64,000 bases of DNA from Candidatus Kapaibacterium sp. (GCA_025059875.1 JANXCT010000002.1:87910-151909); one strand, 5' to 3'. Positions 24,401 through 33,816 are shown, counted from the first letter of the stretch. Made by a program: numbers and translations. The notes: generated from the letters alone by a model not told the origin.

Positions 24401-25428
24401 TGACTGACTCGCTTCCACCAGTGGCTGCCTGGTCCCAGCTCCGCCTCAGTGGCCGTGTCCTATCACCGGTGGGACAGCCAGCCGAGCAATTCTCAGGCAC
24501 GCTCTACCTGCTCTTGACCGATGCACCAGTTTCCGTGGCTGTGCCGGAGACCTTCGGCGGGTACACAACCATCCACTCGTTCACGAAGCTTGGAGGTACG
24601 CTGCACCAGGGTATCTATGCTGTCAAAGATGGACGCTGGACGGCTTCATTCGTGATACCGAGCGAGCTGAGCTTCTCTGAACTGCCCGGGAAGTTGTTCG
24701 TGGTTGCCTTTTCTCACGACGGGACAGCCTCTGCAGCAGGTCTCTTCGCTAGCCTTCGGTTCGCTGGGTTCCAAGTGCCGGAGGAGCGGGACACTACAGG
24801 TCCCCGGATTCGGCTCTACCTAGACGATCCAAGCTTCCGCCCTGGAGATGTCGTGCGCACTGTCCCAGAGCTCGTTGCGGAGATATGGGACGAGTCAGGG
24901 ATCCATACTGCGGCAACATTAGGACGCCGCATCGAGGCATGGGTGGATGAGAGCCCGTTCGCGATAGACCTCACCCCGCTATTCCAGCCAATGATCGAGC
25001 GACCAGGAGCTGGAGTTGTTCGCAAGCCTCTCGTCGGACTGGTTCCAGGCCTCCATCGCGTGCGAGTCCGAGCCTGGGATGTCTACGGCAATCCTTCAAC
25101 AGCAGAGACAGTATTTCGGATCCCTTCCCAACCAGGCCTAGAGGCTGCCGATGTGTTCCCGAATCCTGCCACAGGCTTCCCAGTGCGGTTCAGCTTCCTC
25201 TACACTGGTGTAGAGCCACAACAAGCTGAGCTGCTCATTGCCGACTTGCAAGGGAGGATCCTCCACCGACAAGCCTTCCTTGCCCTGCCTACCCGGCGGG
25301 TGGAGATTCTCTGGGATGGGCGCACGAGCGAAGGTACACCCGTAACAACGGGGACTTACGTCTATGGAGTGCGTTTGCGGCCTCCGGCAACTGGTGAGAC
25401 AGTCCGGATATTTCACGTCATTCGATAG
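21463..25428 (+). CDS. porU: PorU-like T9SS C-terminal signal peptidase (peptidase C25 / gingipain family) with its own T9SS CTD
   Basis: 1321 aa. C25-like core (…TAATCDFARFDNPQ…) and a C-terminal beta-sandwich sorting domain (VFPNPATGFPVRFSF…GTYVYGVRL). Immediately upstream of porV, as in Bacteroidota. Confidence 0.65.
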   Translation: MRYWPVWWCAILFSVGTNAGGQHPGVKVILSSTEELRFTYHPVQGVPKHGIPAFLSIQAAELRGRSSEDWVVPVVEFPITVPGPDALGGIEILRVESSRSQGLPPTVRELALRWGGSLLMGPVPERWAELVYGGVARDRHVGYVRLRCALPVPELGVTEVLRGIEVRVRFLPERAVPPPNWLGLRERLGIRWTLNDEVAHSWYASVAVPQGQRVVLQGWRELSSGTWLRVKVREEGVYRITAEQLRQLGIQIAPNDIPTLKLFGTGGEPLPEAVATALEEHVVEQPIVVRTTADGQLSEIIFYGAAPSGFRYRAGEFEHFVNPYTDANVYLLTWGGGPGLRATPLPPPAADSIYRPSSFTARLFREEELYNPFTLPSGQDWFGQIVDPSLPVVLTTPLPGLERSGKVRYRFVVVNRAAVLARFRVFERERMLWEGSLRATAGYTEAVATAPITVEIPAELLAREERSVLRFVYTPQSGSGFGHIDWVEIHYPRRFAAHNDVLEVFTEPQWEGVIEISIPGFSDREVWGFDVTDRRRPLLLQNLAHSSGTFVFRTSQERNRPRRFFLSARLLSPEIERTQVAGLRDRRRGVPLVIITHPALQQSAEEYRRYREATGLQGIVVTVDAIANEFAAGIADPTAVRNFLTFALTAWQPPPLFVLLWGDGHHDYKNVSTQQPNYVLTYQSHIPQTGSLDGQIVYNAILSYTTDDYYTWLVGEDPLPDIALGRIPITSDAEGRWMVDKIRSYEQRSAPGIWRTTITLVADDGPTSGGSDYTLHTGQSEDLSRQLPAFLIQRKLYLAEYPTENVPGGRRKPRVTQDLVASVNAGTILLNWIGHGNPRLWAHEQVLERETTIPLFRNADRLFFLTAATCDFARFDNPQVPSGAEAMVLSRSGGAIGVFAASRLVYPTPNAAIMSHFYRLLFQRQPDSSFAPLGLVHMATKLQQFDALNDRKYVLLADPTLRLLFPTGWLSVDSVNGRAVTDSLPPVAAWSQLRLSGRVLSPVGQPAEQFSGTLYLLLTDAPVSVAVPETFGGYTTIHSFTKLGGTLHQGIYAVKDGRWTASFVIPSELSFSELPGKLFVVAFSHDGTASAAGLFASLRFAGFQVPEERDTTGPRIRLYLDDPSFRPGDVVRTVPELVAEIWDESGIHTAATLGRRIEAWVDESPFAIDLTPLFQPMIERPGAGVVRKPLVGLVPGLHRVRVRAWDVYGNPSTAETVFRIPSQPGLEAADVFPNPATGFPVRFSFLYTGVEPQQAELLIADLQGRILHRQAFLALPTRRVEILWDGRTSEGTPVTTGTYVYGVRLRPPATGETVRIFHVIR

Positions 25429-25449
25429 TCCCACAGTGCAGAGACAGCA

Positions 25450-26523
25450 ATGGTCCGCAGGATTCTTGTCATCGCCCTGCTTGTAAGTAGTAGTGTCGTG
25501 GCCTGGGCACAGGCAGGGGCAGCTGCAGTCCCCTTCCTTCTCATAGCCCCCGATGCCCGAGCTAGCGGTATGGGTGAAGCCGGCACAGCACTGGCAGACA
25601 ACATCAACGCCATCTACTGGAATCCGGGGGGCTTGGGCTTTCAGAAGCGACGCCAGATTGCCTTAAGCTTCTCCCGCTGGCTCCCCCAGTTCAACGCCGA
25701 CCTCTTCTACAGTTACGTCACCGCTGGACAGTACCTCCCACAGGTTGATGGCACTGTGGCTGTCAACTTCATCCTCATGAACTTGGGCGAGTTCGTTCGC
25801 ACAGACAACCTCGGGAATGTCCTTGGGACCTTCCGCTCGAACGAGTTCACGTTGGGCGTCTCCTATGGCACCCTGGTTGCCGATGATGTCGGAGCTGGCA
25901 TCCAGCTCCGCTTCATTCGCTCCAACCTGGCACCGGCAGCTCCCGGCGAGTCTGTGGCAGGGGTTGGAACAAGCGGTAGCTTTGACCTTGGGCTGCTGTG
26001 GAAGCCATCGCAGCTCTCGGTAGGTGGCCTTGACCTCGGACGGCGGATCTCCCTTGGGATCAACATCCAGAACATCGGTCCGAAGATCACCTACCGTAAC
26101 GAAGCTGACCCCCTGCCAACCAATCTACGACTGGGCCTAGGGGTACAAGCCGTGAAGGACGAGTTCAACGACCTAAAGTTCGCTGTGGACATCGCCAAAC
26201 TCATGGTACGCCGGGACAGCCTAGGCTCTGACGCCCTACCGACTTCCTTCATCACTGCCTGGCGGAACCCTGGGGTTGAGCTTGCGATGGGGATGGAGTA
26301 TTGGTACCAGCAGACTGTAGCGCTGCGGATAGGATACTTCACAGAGCCTTCCCGGTTGGGTAATCGGCGCTTTATGACTTTTGGGGCAGGCATCCGATAC
26401 GACATGTTTACGCTGGACTTCAACTACATCAACACCATCGAGGAAAACCACCCACTAGCGGGTACGATGCGCTTCTCCCTCTTGGTGGACCTCGGGAGCA
26501 TAGCGGAGGAGGCAGAGGAGTAG
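25450..26523 (+). CDS. porV: PorV/LptO-family T9SS outer-membrane shuttle protein
   Basis: Signal peptide then the PorV N-terminal signature FLLIAPDARASGMGEAGTALADNINAIYWNPGGL. FadL-like beta-barrel of 357 aa. Confidence 0.7.
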   Translation: MVRRILVIALLVSSSVVAWAQAGAAAVPFLLIAPDARASGMGEAGTALADNINAIYWNPGGLGFQKRRQIALSFSRWLPQFNADLFYSYVTAGQYLPQVDGTVAVNFILMNLGEFVRTDNLGNVLGTFRSNEFTLGVSYGTLVADDVGAGIQLRFIRSNLAPAAPGESVAGVGTSGSFDLGLLWKPSQLSVGGLDLGRRISLGINIQNIGPKITYRNEADPLPTNLRLGLGVQAVKDEFNDLKFAVDIAKLMVRRDSLGSDALPTSFITAWRNPGVELAMGMEYWYQQTVALRIGYFTEPSRLGNRRFMTFGAGIRYDMFTLDFNYINTIEENHPLAGTMRFSLLVDLGSIAEEAEE

Positions 26524-26528
26524 GGCTT

Positions 26529-27371
26529 TTAGGGCGTAGGAGCTTGTGCAAAGACGCGCGCTCGGAAATCGCTAGCACTCTGGAGACCCTGTTCCGTAAC
26601 CACAAATGCTACATGCTCCCACGGGGTGCAATCGTAGAGCACCCTTATCTGAGTGAGCGGGCGTGAGGTCAACGGTGGAGCTGTGCCCGCCATTTCTGGA
26701 CTCCAGCGGCGTTGCAGGAGCTTTTCTCCGCAGCTCACAGCCCAGAGAGGCCGATGTTCTAACCACAAGATGTAGGCTAACAGCGCAGTGCCGACCTTGT
26801 GGACGACACCGTCATAGCATAGAGCATCCGAGCCGATGAGGAGGAGGTGTACTTCGGAGATGACAGCGCTTAACTGAGATTCGGCCAGAAGCACGACGGG
26901 GAATCCTGCCGAATGGGCCCATTGAGCTAGTCGAACCCCTTCTCTGCCTGGCTCTGAAAGTGTGCAGAACAAGTGTAAGCGCTTGCCAAGCGTCTTCGCT
27001 TCCTGCAAGAGGAGCCGAACCTGGGAACTAGACGAGTGGAGGAGGAGAGTTGAGCCGTTCGGGATAGCGGATGCTCCAATACGAGCTGCTTCTCGAACGT
27101 GTGACTCAACCAACTGGTAGAATTCCGAGGCTGCATGGACAAAGTCCCTAGCTGTTGATCCAGAGAGATCCTCAAAGCGGAGATAGAGATTCCAGAGGAG
27201 CGCCATTGAAGCGTGCGCCGTAGCCAACCGATGTGCCGCATGGCGGAACTCCTCTGCCGAGGCTCCCTCTGCCGCCATCTTTCGGCAAAGGGCGGTGAAA
27301 CGCCGGAGGAGCTCTGTAGAGCCGTGTCGTCGGTCATTGGCGAGTGCGGAGAGCACTAAAGGCCACTTCAT
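26529..27371 (-). CDS. eIF-2B alpha/beta/delta-family (MtnA / ribose-bisphosphate-isomerase-like) protein, short form
   Basis: Pattern LLHSSSS…EPGREG…AGFPVVLLAESQLSAV…LLLIGSDALCYDGVVHKVGT matches the IF-2B family core. Only 280 aa. Confidence 0.45.
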   Translation of the reverse strand: MKWPLVLSALANDRRHGSTELLRRFTALCRKMAAEGASAEEFRHAAHRLATAHASMALLWNLYLRFEDLSGSTARDFVHAASEFYQLVESHVREAARIGASAIPNGSTLLLHSSSSQVRLLLQEAKTLGKRLHLFCTLSEPGREGVRLAQWAHSAGFPVVLLAESQLSAVISEVHLLLIGSDALCYDGVVHKVGTALLAYILWLEHRPLWAVSCGEKLLQRRWSPEMAGTAPPLTSRPLTQIRVLYDCTPWEHVAFVVTEQGLQSASDFRARVFAQAPTP

Positions 27372-28015
27372 CGTAGTACCTCACCTGTCTCCAAGCTCCA
27401 CCAGAGCAAATCCAGTGCTGCTGGTGGGAAGCCCAGCTCGAAGGCAATGCGGCAGAAGAGCCCCTCTGCCTGCTCATATTCCTTAACTGAGCCTGATAGG
27501 CGCACAGTGTAGCCTAAGCGCTGCATCCAGCGTACGACATGTCGGTCGAGGACTGCTAAGTGCCTCTCCCCAGTGTTTCGCAGGAAATGAGAAGCTTCCT
27601 TCATCCCGAATCCGGGTACCTCCACCACGAGTTGGCGCCGCAGTACAGTAACTGGCTGAGGTGTATGACGTAGCTTCCAGAGCCTCGGAAAGAGCTGGTG
27701 CGCCAGGAGAAGGCGGCGAGCTTTCGTGCGGTGGAAGCGGATGTAGTGTGAAGGATCCCGAAGGAGACCCTCTATGTCCTCTAGCGGTAGCGGGTGGCGG
27801 TAGAAGTCGCATCGTCGGAGTTTCTCTATGGCAGCAATCGCATGACTCGCTTTCGTCAGAGCTGTACAGAGACAGTAGCAGAGCTCGTAGAACGTTGCCT
27901 CGGGCTGTTGACCGACAGCAGCAAACTCCTCGAGTCGCTGCTCAATGAGGTGAGCACGCTCAGCGTAGGCCTGCTGGAAGAGGGCTACGAGCTGCCTTGG
28001 TACCAGAGACGACAT
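27368..28015 (-). CDS. HhH-GPD DNA glycosylase, 8-oxoguanine glycosylase (Ogg2-like)
   Basis: EASHFLRNTGERHLAVLDRHVVRWMQRLGY helix-hairpin-helix region. 215 aa. Confidence 0.5.
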   Translation of the reverse strand: MSSLVPRQLVALFQQAYAERAHLIEQRLEEFAAVGQQPEATFYELCYCLCTALTKASHAIAAIEKLRRCDFYRHPLPLEDIEGLLRDPSHYIRFHRTKARRLLLAHQLFPRLWKLRHTPQPVTVLRRQLVVEVPGFGMKEASHFLRNTGERHLAVLDRHVVRWMQRLGYTVRLSGSVKEYEQAEGLFCRIAFELGFPPAALDLLWWSLETGEVLR

Positions 28016-28649
28016 GAGGGGGCTGGTCCGTCAAAGACTCCGAGCTCGGTATTCCCGGTGGCGGCGCAGAGACATGCTCATTGGGTTCTACAAGCCGTAC
28101 GGCGTGCTTTCTCAATTTACGCCGATCTCAGGTTCTCGCTTCCGGACTCTCGCAGAGTTTGGGTTCCCTCCAGGGGTCTATCCAATTGGTCGGCTGGATG
28201 CGGAAAGCGAAGGACTGTTGCTGCTGAGTGATGAACCATGGCTGAACTACCGCCTTCTCCATCCACGCTTCTGCCATCGACGCGTCTACTGGGCGCAGGT
28301 AGAGGGTATCCCCACGGATGAGGAGCTGGAACGACTACGCCAAGGTGTCCGAATTGCCGGCGGATACCGAACCCAACCATGCAAGGCCTGGATCCTCTCT
28401 CCTCCGCCTCCTGTACCACCCCGCACTCCTCCCATCCGTTTCCGCAAAACCATCCCCACCAGTTGGATTGCCCTAGAGCTTACTGAGGGCAAGTATCATC
28501 AAGTCCGCCGAATGACTGCTGCTATCGGACATCCCACCCTTCGGCTCCTGCGGGTACAGATTGGAGACTTCCAACTCTGGACGCTCCGGCCTGGAGAGTG
28601 GCGCATTTTGACACCAGCCGAGCGGGCAGCTGTGCTAGTAGCCCTCTGA
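28014..28649 (+). CDS. rRNA pseudouridine synthase (RluE/RsuA family)
   Basis: FYKPYGVLSQF and catalytic GRLDAESEGLLLLSDE motifs. The true start is probably the internal ATG near 28074 (MLIGFYKPYG). Confidence 0.75.
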   Translation: MRGLVRQRLRARYSRWRRRDMLIGFYKPYGVLSQFTPISGSRFRTLAEFGFPPGVYPIGRLDAESEGLLLLSDEPWLNYRLLHPRFCHRRVYWAQVEGIPTDEELERLRQGVRIAGGYRTQPCKAWILSPPPPVPPRTPPIRFRKTIPTSWIALELTEGKYHQVRRMTAAIGHPTLRLLRVQIGDFQLWTLRPGEWRILTPAERAAVLVAL

Positions 28650-28650
28650 G

Positions 28651-29307
28651 CTACAGACCCAGAGCAACCGAGAGCAGTACGGACAGGTATCGTTTCTGCT
28701 CTTCTCCGCTACTCCGCCCTATGAGGTTGGCAATAGCGTACCTGGCCTCTAGACCAAGTCCAACAGGCCCGAGTTGAATTCCCAGCCCTATCCCTGCGTC
28801 AGCCCCTATCCGGTGTTCGTTCCGTGTGCCAAGAACAAGTGGCACGGAGATTTGCCCCCTTTCCAGGTCGGTTGAAGAGTTGAGAATGGTGTAGCTCAGT
28901 TGGGTGCTCAAAGAGAGCCGTACGGCGTATGGTAGGGGAACAAACTCTATTCCCAGACAGATGGGGACGAGGTTCTGCACAGAGACGAGCACCACGAGCG
29001 TATCTCCTGACTGAGGGTCAGTGACATACAGACGGCTAGTTGGGAAGCGGACAAGAGAGATGCTGCTGAGGAAGCGGAAGCGCTCCGAAAGGGCTACGCT
29101 CGTGCGAACCCCAAGCTGATATCCCAGGCGTACGGCTTCCCGCACCAACGACCGTAGTGTGTCCCCAGAGCGGATGTCACGCGTATTGTACACATCGTTG
29201 ATCGCCTCACTAGGGGTTGCCAATCCGCCTAGAAAGGCGACTTGGGTCTGCGGCAGCAACGCTGTGGTTAGGAAACAGAAGCTGAGGGCATAGGCTACTA
29301 ACCGCAT
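28651..29307 (-). CDS. Putative small outer-membrane beta-barrel protein
   Basis: Signal peptide and alternating amphipathic strands. No assignable family. Confidence 0.4.
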   Translation of the reverse strand: MRLVAYALSFCFLTTALLPQTQVAFLGGLATPSEAINDVYNTRDIRSGDTLRSLVREAVRLGYQLGVRTSVALSERFRFLSSISLVRFPTSRLYVTDPQSGDTLVVLVSVQNLVPICLGIEFVPLPYAVRLSLSTQLSYTILNSSTDLERGQISVPLVLGTRNEHRIGADAGIGLGIQLGPVGLGLEARYAIANLIGRSSGEEQKRYLSVLLSVALGL

Positions 29308-29337
29308 TGCCCCGCTACTGCTAGTTGGACTCCGTCT

Positions 29338-31239
29338 TCACCGCTGCTGTAGTGCAGCCTCTAGCATGTCCTGGAGACTCCGAAAGTACGCTGCGGGATT
29401 GGTATACCCTACCGTCCGGAACTGAACAAGCCCATTGCGGTCAATGAGGACCTGGGTTGGAACAGCGGTCACTCCTAAGCCAACAGGTATGGCGTCGGTT
29501 GGGTCTATGTACACAGGCAGTCCGTCGTAAGCTCCGTCTTGGAGGAAGTTGCGGACCTTGGCAGAGCGGTCTTCCGATGGCTCCCAGACATTAACGGCAA
29601 TGATGTAGACATCTGTCCGGTCTCGGTAGAGCTCCCAGAGCTTCTGCAGGTACGGGAGCGACTCCTTGCATGGACGACACCAGGTCGCCCAGAAGTCTAG
29701 GAGCACGGTCTTGCCACGTAGCTGTGCCAACGTCAGCGTGTCTCCCCGCAGGGAGACAAGCGGAGCAGTAGCAATGGGAGCAGGAACACTCCATTCCAGA
29801 CGCTCGCTCCAGAGCAGTTGGCGGCGACGTACTGCAGCCTGTTCCTGCAGGCGGAACATTTGCTCTTGCAGCTCTAGAGAATCCCGGCGGACGAGCTGGA
29901 GGAAGAGCTCCCGGAACTGGCTCCAGAGAGTATCGCTGTCACGGGAGCTCAGAATTGCCTGGGTACAGACAGCAAAGGCATTCTTGTGCTGCCCTAGGAC
30001 TCGGAAAGCGTCGACAAGCTGCTCGTAGAGTACCACGGGAGCATCTTCGCGGTAGACAGAGAGAGCTTCCTGAAAGCGTTGGATTGCTTCCTCAATCCGC
30101 TTCTGCTGCCGTAGGAGTCGGGCCTCCGTTGCTAAGACCATCCCCTCTAGGAGCCGATTCCCCCGTTCCCATTCAGCACTGCTGACGTACTGAGGCTTCC
30201 GGTGGAGACGGACCAAGCGCTGCTGACTGAAGGCTTGGCGCATCTGACGTACCCACCGCTCAGCTTCTTCGGGGCGATTCTGTTCCAGCCAGTAGTCGGC
30301 AATCTCAGCATAGGCAGCGGCGGGGGCACGAGGAAATTGTCGGGTTACGGCAGCGGCGCTGTCTGGATGGTCGTGCTGGAGGAACGCTCGGACGAGAGCG
30401 AGGTACATCTCCTCGTAGCCGGGCTCCTCTGGCGGGTACATTCGGAGGAAGCGCTGGGCAGTAGCTCTGTACTCCTGAGCAATAGCAGCGCGGTTGAGGC
30501 GGACCGCTAAGATCTCACGGCTCAGCTCCCACTGCGGAAACCTCTGGAGGATGCGCTCTTCCAGCAGCTCCATCCTCCGCCGTTCGCGGAGGCGACCCAA
30601 GGCCCACAGAGCTGCTCGAACGTCAGCAGGATTCGTTTCAGGATATGGCTGCTGCAAGAGCTCCCGGAGTCGTTGCTCTTGGTCTTGCGCACTGATCCGA
30701 CCTAGCCGTCCTTGGACAGCAAGGAGCCAGACGCGAGCAGCAAAGCTCTCTGGGAAGCGTCGCACAGCCTGCTGAAGGAGGCTCTCCGCTTCCCAAAGGT
30801 TCGGAGCCCGCCGCCACCCACCTTCTTGCAGCGTACCAAAACGGGTCAGCGCTGCCTGCAGCAGGGCCCCATGGAGAGGTTCTTCGTGCTCATAGACGAG
30901 GATCTCCCACAGTCGTCCCTGACGTGTATCGAAGAGTCTCTCTGTCCCAACTTTGCAGAGCGCGAAGACGGTTGCTGTGTCCAGCCGGAAGGCAGCAATG
31001 TGCTTCTTCGTGGTGTGCTGGTATTCCAGCGAGATCTCCCGGAGGAAAGGGTAAGCTTCCCCATCACGGAACTCATACACGTACAGCCAGAGATGCTCGC
31101 CAGGAGCGAAACGGCCAGAGTCAGGGGTATACTCAACCGAGATGGAACTACCGCGTTGCGGTCGCTCCGGTGTCAAGCGTAACTCTCCAGTAATCCCGAC
31201 CAATGGGAACGTAAGGAAGCAGAGCAAAAGTGCCTGCAT
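29338..31239 (-). CDS. TlpA/ResA-like thiol:disulfide oxidoreductase with long N-terminal helical (TPR-like) domain
   Basis: Signal peptide. C-terminal thioredoxin fold with LDFWATWCRPCKESLP active site. 633 aa. Confidence 0.65.
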   Translation of the reverse strand: MQALLLCFLTFPLVGITGELRLTPERPQRGSSISVEYTPDSGRFAPGEHLWLYVYEFRDGEAYPFLREISLEYQHTTKKHIAAFRLDTATVFALCKVGTERLFDTRQGRLWEILVYEHEEPLHGALLQAALTRFGTLQEGGWRRAPNLWEAESLLQQAVRRFPESFAARVWLLAVQGRLGRISAQDQEQRLRELLQQPYPETNPADVRAALWALGRLRERRRMELLEERILQRFPQWELSREILAVRLNRAAIAQEYRATAQRFLRMYPPEEPGYEEMYLALVRAFLQHDHPDSAAAVTRQFPRAPAAAYAEIADYWLEQNRPEEAERWVRQMRQAFSQQRLVRLHRKPQYVSSAEWERGNRLLEGMVLATEARLLRQQKRIEEAIQRFQEALSVYREDAPVVLYEQLVDAFRVLGQHKNAFAVCTQAILSSRDSDTLWSQFRELFLQLVRRDSLELQEQMFRLQEQAAVRRRQLLWSERLEWSVPAPIATAPLVSLRGDTLTLAQLRGKTVLLDFWATWCRPCKESLPYLQKLWELYRDRTDVYIIAVNVWEPSEDRSAKVRNFLQDGAYDGLPVYIDPTDAIPVGLGVTAVPTQVLIDRNGLVQFRTVGYTNPAAYFRSLQDMLEAALQQR

Positions 31240-31268
31240 AGCCCACCTATCCTTCCCCTGTTCTACCT

Positions 31269-32171
31269 CTACGGTGCTTGCTCGTATGGCGCACCGAGTC
31301 CATGTACGGTCCGCAGATGCTCTTGCAGGTAGGCGAAGGCTTCCTGCGGAGAGTTAGCGTACGTTATTAGCTTTAGGTCTTCCGGGGCAATGACCCCTAC
31401 TTCTGCCATGTAGTCGAAATTGATCACCTTGCGCCAAAAGTCCTCTCCGTACAGGAGGATGGGAAGTCGACGGCGAATCTTCTGGGTCTGCACGAGCGTC
31501 AGTACTTCCATGAGCTCGTCCATAGTTCCGAAACCGCCCGGGAAGAGCACCATCGCCTTAGCTAAGTAGACGAACCAAAACTTCCGCATGAAGAAGTAGT
31601 GGAACTCAAAGTTCAGCTCGGGAGTGATGTAGGGGTTAGTAACTTGTTCGTGTGGGAGACTGATCCCTAGACCAATCGAAATGCCCCCTGCTTCATAAGC
31701 ACCACGGTTCGCTGCCTCCATAATCCCTGGTCCTCCCCCAGAGCAAATCACGAAGCGACGAGCTGGAGGGAGAGTGAGAGACCACTCAGTTAGCATTCGT
31801 GCCAAGAGCCGGGCTTCTTCATAGTAGCGCGTCAGTATGTGGAGACGCTGAAGCTCTTGGAGGCGCTTCTCCAGCTCTGTCGTGCCGCCTTTACGCCATT
31901 CCCGCTGTGCTTGTATGGCGTTCCATTGATGCTGAAATTCCTCTTCAGATAGGCAGCGTGCCGATCCCCAGAAGACAATAGTGTTGCGAATCTGGAACTT
32001 CCGCAGGCGCTGCTCTGGGTAGAGGTACTCTGCGACGATCCGCAGTATGCGAGCGTCTCGGCTGCGTAAGAAGTCTTGGTTTTCGTATGCCTTCAGAGGA
32101 CGCTGACCCGTAGGGATACGGTTGTCCATGCTCATCGCACCAAGTGATACCCACCGTCTACAATCAGCCAT
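31269..32171 (-). CDS. LOG-family (TIGR00730) Rossmann-fold nucleotide-binding protein, cytokinin-riboside-phosphate phosphoribohydrolase-like
   Basis: GGGPGIMEAANRGA and FPGGFGTMDEL motifs. Start may be an internal Met, since the listed start overlaps the upstream SDR gene by 40 nt. Confidence 0.7.
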   Translation of the reverse strand: MADCRRWVSLGAMSMDNRIPTGQRPLKAYENQDFLRSRDARILRIVAEYLYPEQRLRKFQIRNTIVFWGSARCLSEEEFQHQWNAIQAQREWRKGGTTELEKRLQELQRLHILTRYYEEARLLARMLTEWSLTLPPARRFVICSGGGPGIMEAANRGAYEAGGISIGLGISLPHEQVTNPYITPELNFEFHYFFMRKFWFVYLAKAMVLFPGGFGTMDELMEVLTLVQTQKIRRRLPILLYGEDFWRKVINFDYMAEVGVIAPEDLKLITYANSPQEAFAYLQEHLRTVHGLGAPYEQAP

Positions 32172-32848
32172 TGCCCAGTGATGTATGAAGTAGCCGTAGC
32201 AAAGAAGTAGACGGCTTCAAAGACATCGCTTGCATTCCCGTATCGCCTGGAAGGAATGCGGTCAACAGGGACGAACTCTGGGTCTTGGGGATCTATCCGA
32301 AGCAACCCAGGGCATACGGCGTTGACGGTGATTCGTGGAGCCAGTTCCAATGCTAAGTTCTTCGTTAGCTGGAGGAGAGCAGCCTTGGAGACATTGTAGG
32401 CCGCCCGGTGTCGCCAAGTCCGGAGTCCACCAAGGGAGGCTACATTGATGATGCGGCCTTCCCCCTGCTGGAAAGCAGCGAAGGCCTGGCTCGTATAGAG
32501 ACAGGCGGTGAGGTTCGTGCTGAGCGTCTCTTCCCAAAGTCCCGGGGTAAGGTCTGTCAATGTATGTTCGGGAGGAAAGACCGCAGCGTTGTTGACTAAG
32601 ACGTCTGGTGGACCAAGCTGCTCCACTATCTCCCTGAATGCATGCCATACCTCATTCGGCTTTCGCAAGTCTGCCTGGATTCTCATCGCCCGGATCCCGT
32701 AGCGTTGTGGCAGTACTTGCTCTAACTCCTGGGCCCCTTCCTCAGAGCGGTAGTAGTGGATGACGACATTCCATCCTTGCCGTGCAAAGTTTTCTGCAAG
32801 GGCTTTTCCTAGTCTTCGTGTCCCTCCTGTGATGATGGCTGTTGGCAT
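32132..32848 (-). CDS. SDR-family oxidoreductase (pteridine reductase / FolM-like)
   Basis: N-terminal IITGGTRRLGKALA Rossmann motif. YxxxK active-site region (YNVSKAAL). 238 aa. Confidence 0.75.
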   Translation of the reverse strand: MPTAIITGGTRRLGKALAENFARQGWNVVIHYYRSEEGAQELEQVLPQRYGIRAMRIQADLRKPNEVWHAFREIVEQLGPPDVLVNNAAVFPPEHTLTDLTPGLWEETLSTNLTACLYTSQAFAAFQQGEGRIINVASLGGLRTWRHRAAYNVSKAALLQLTKNLALELAPRITVNAVCPGLLRIDPQDPEFVPVDRIPSRRYGNASDVFEAVYFFATATSYITGQWLIVDGGYHLVR

Positions 32849-33816
32849 TGCGGGCTTGCAATAACGGTATTTTCGCTACTCCCAACCCAGAATACCCCTT
32901 CCCGGCTCCACTCTCGACGTACATACCCTAACCCTGCCCAAAGCTGACGCCACGAAACGGCTATCGAGCTCGTGAGGACACCAACCTGCTGCTCTTTTGC
33001 CATGATCGGGGCTGGAGCTACCAGAGGCTCGAGGCTTTGGAGACAGATGAGCTGCCGCTGGAGTTTGCCGTAAGTATCTATGCGTGCGATTACCTCCTGC
33101 CCAACGTAGCACCCCTTAGAGAAGCTAATGAGTCCGTTTAAGCCAGCCTCCAGCGGATTGTAGTCTTCTGTCCACTCTGTACCATGGCGTCCAATGCCTG
33201 CCAAGATTCGTAGAGCCTCCTGCTCTACTGCAGAAAGTGGTGGTCCCAAGATGTCCTCAAGGGCTCTGTAGAGAGCAGATGCCATTGTGTCTGACACCAC
33301 GATACCGTATGCGGCCCCGCCAAAAGGAGGTACACGCAAGCACACCACCTCCCCGCCCTGCCATACTCTCAAGGCTCCTGTGCCCCATGAAGAAGCATCC
33401 GTCAAGGGCTCTATGCCTAACTGCGCTAGCACGGCGGATGCGGAAACTCCGTGGACTTCAACACTTTGACACTGGGTTGGCTGGGAGAGCCGAACCTCTT
33501 CTAGTACGAGAAACCGGCGGAGCCACTGATAGAGCGTTACCCCGTACGACCGGGCACAGATAAGCCCTAGACGCTCTCGCTGGTAGCAGACGACATAAGC
33601 AACGGCCTTGATTCGCCCTTTCTCAGTGGTGAACACTGTTGCCTGTACTTTTCCTGGAGTCAATCGAAGCAGATCAGCAGTACTCATCCGGTGGAGAAAT
33701 TCTAGTGCATCGGGGCCGAGGACCTCGATGTGGTCCAACACTACAGGATACCAAACAGCATGGGTAGCCACCAGAGTCTCTGGATCAGGCCTGATGTTCA
33801 TAGTCTGAGCGCACAA
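32809..33816 (-). CDS. YgfZ / GcvT-like folate-binding protein
   Basis: Aminomethyltransferase-like fold of 335 aa. Weak but consistent similarity pattern. Confidence 0.45.
   Translation of the reverse strand: MCAQTMNIRPDPETLVATHAVWYPVVLDHIEVLGPDALEFLHRMSTADLLRLTPGKVQATVFTTEKGRIKAVAYVVCYQRERLGLICARSYGVTLYQWLRRFLVLEEVRLSQPTQCQSVEVHGVSASAVLAQLGIEPLTDASSWGTGALRVWQGGEVVCLRVPPFGGAAYGIVVSDTMASALYRALEDILGPPLSAVEQEALRILAGIGRHGTEWTEDYNPLEAGLNGLISFSKGCYVGQEVIARIDTYGKLQRQLICLQSLEPLVAPAPIMAKEQQVGVLTSSIAVSWRQLWAGLGYVRREWSREGVFWVGSSENTVIASPQCQQPSSQEGHED

Noticed and set aside
28013-28016. CATG where the listed divergent starts of ogg-like (-) and rluE-like (+) overlap
   Set aside because: The pseudouridine synthase most likely starts at the internal ATG near 28074 (MLIGFYKPYGVLSQF), so there is no true overlap.
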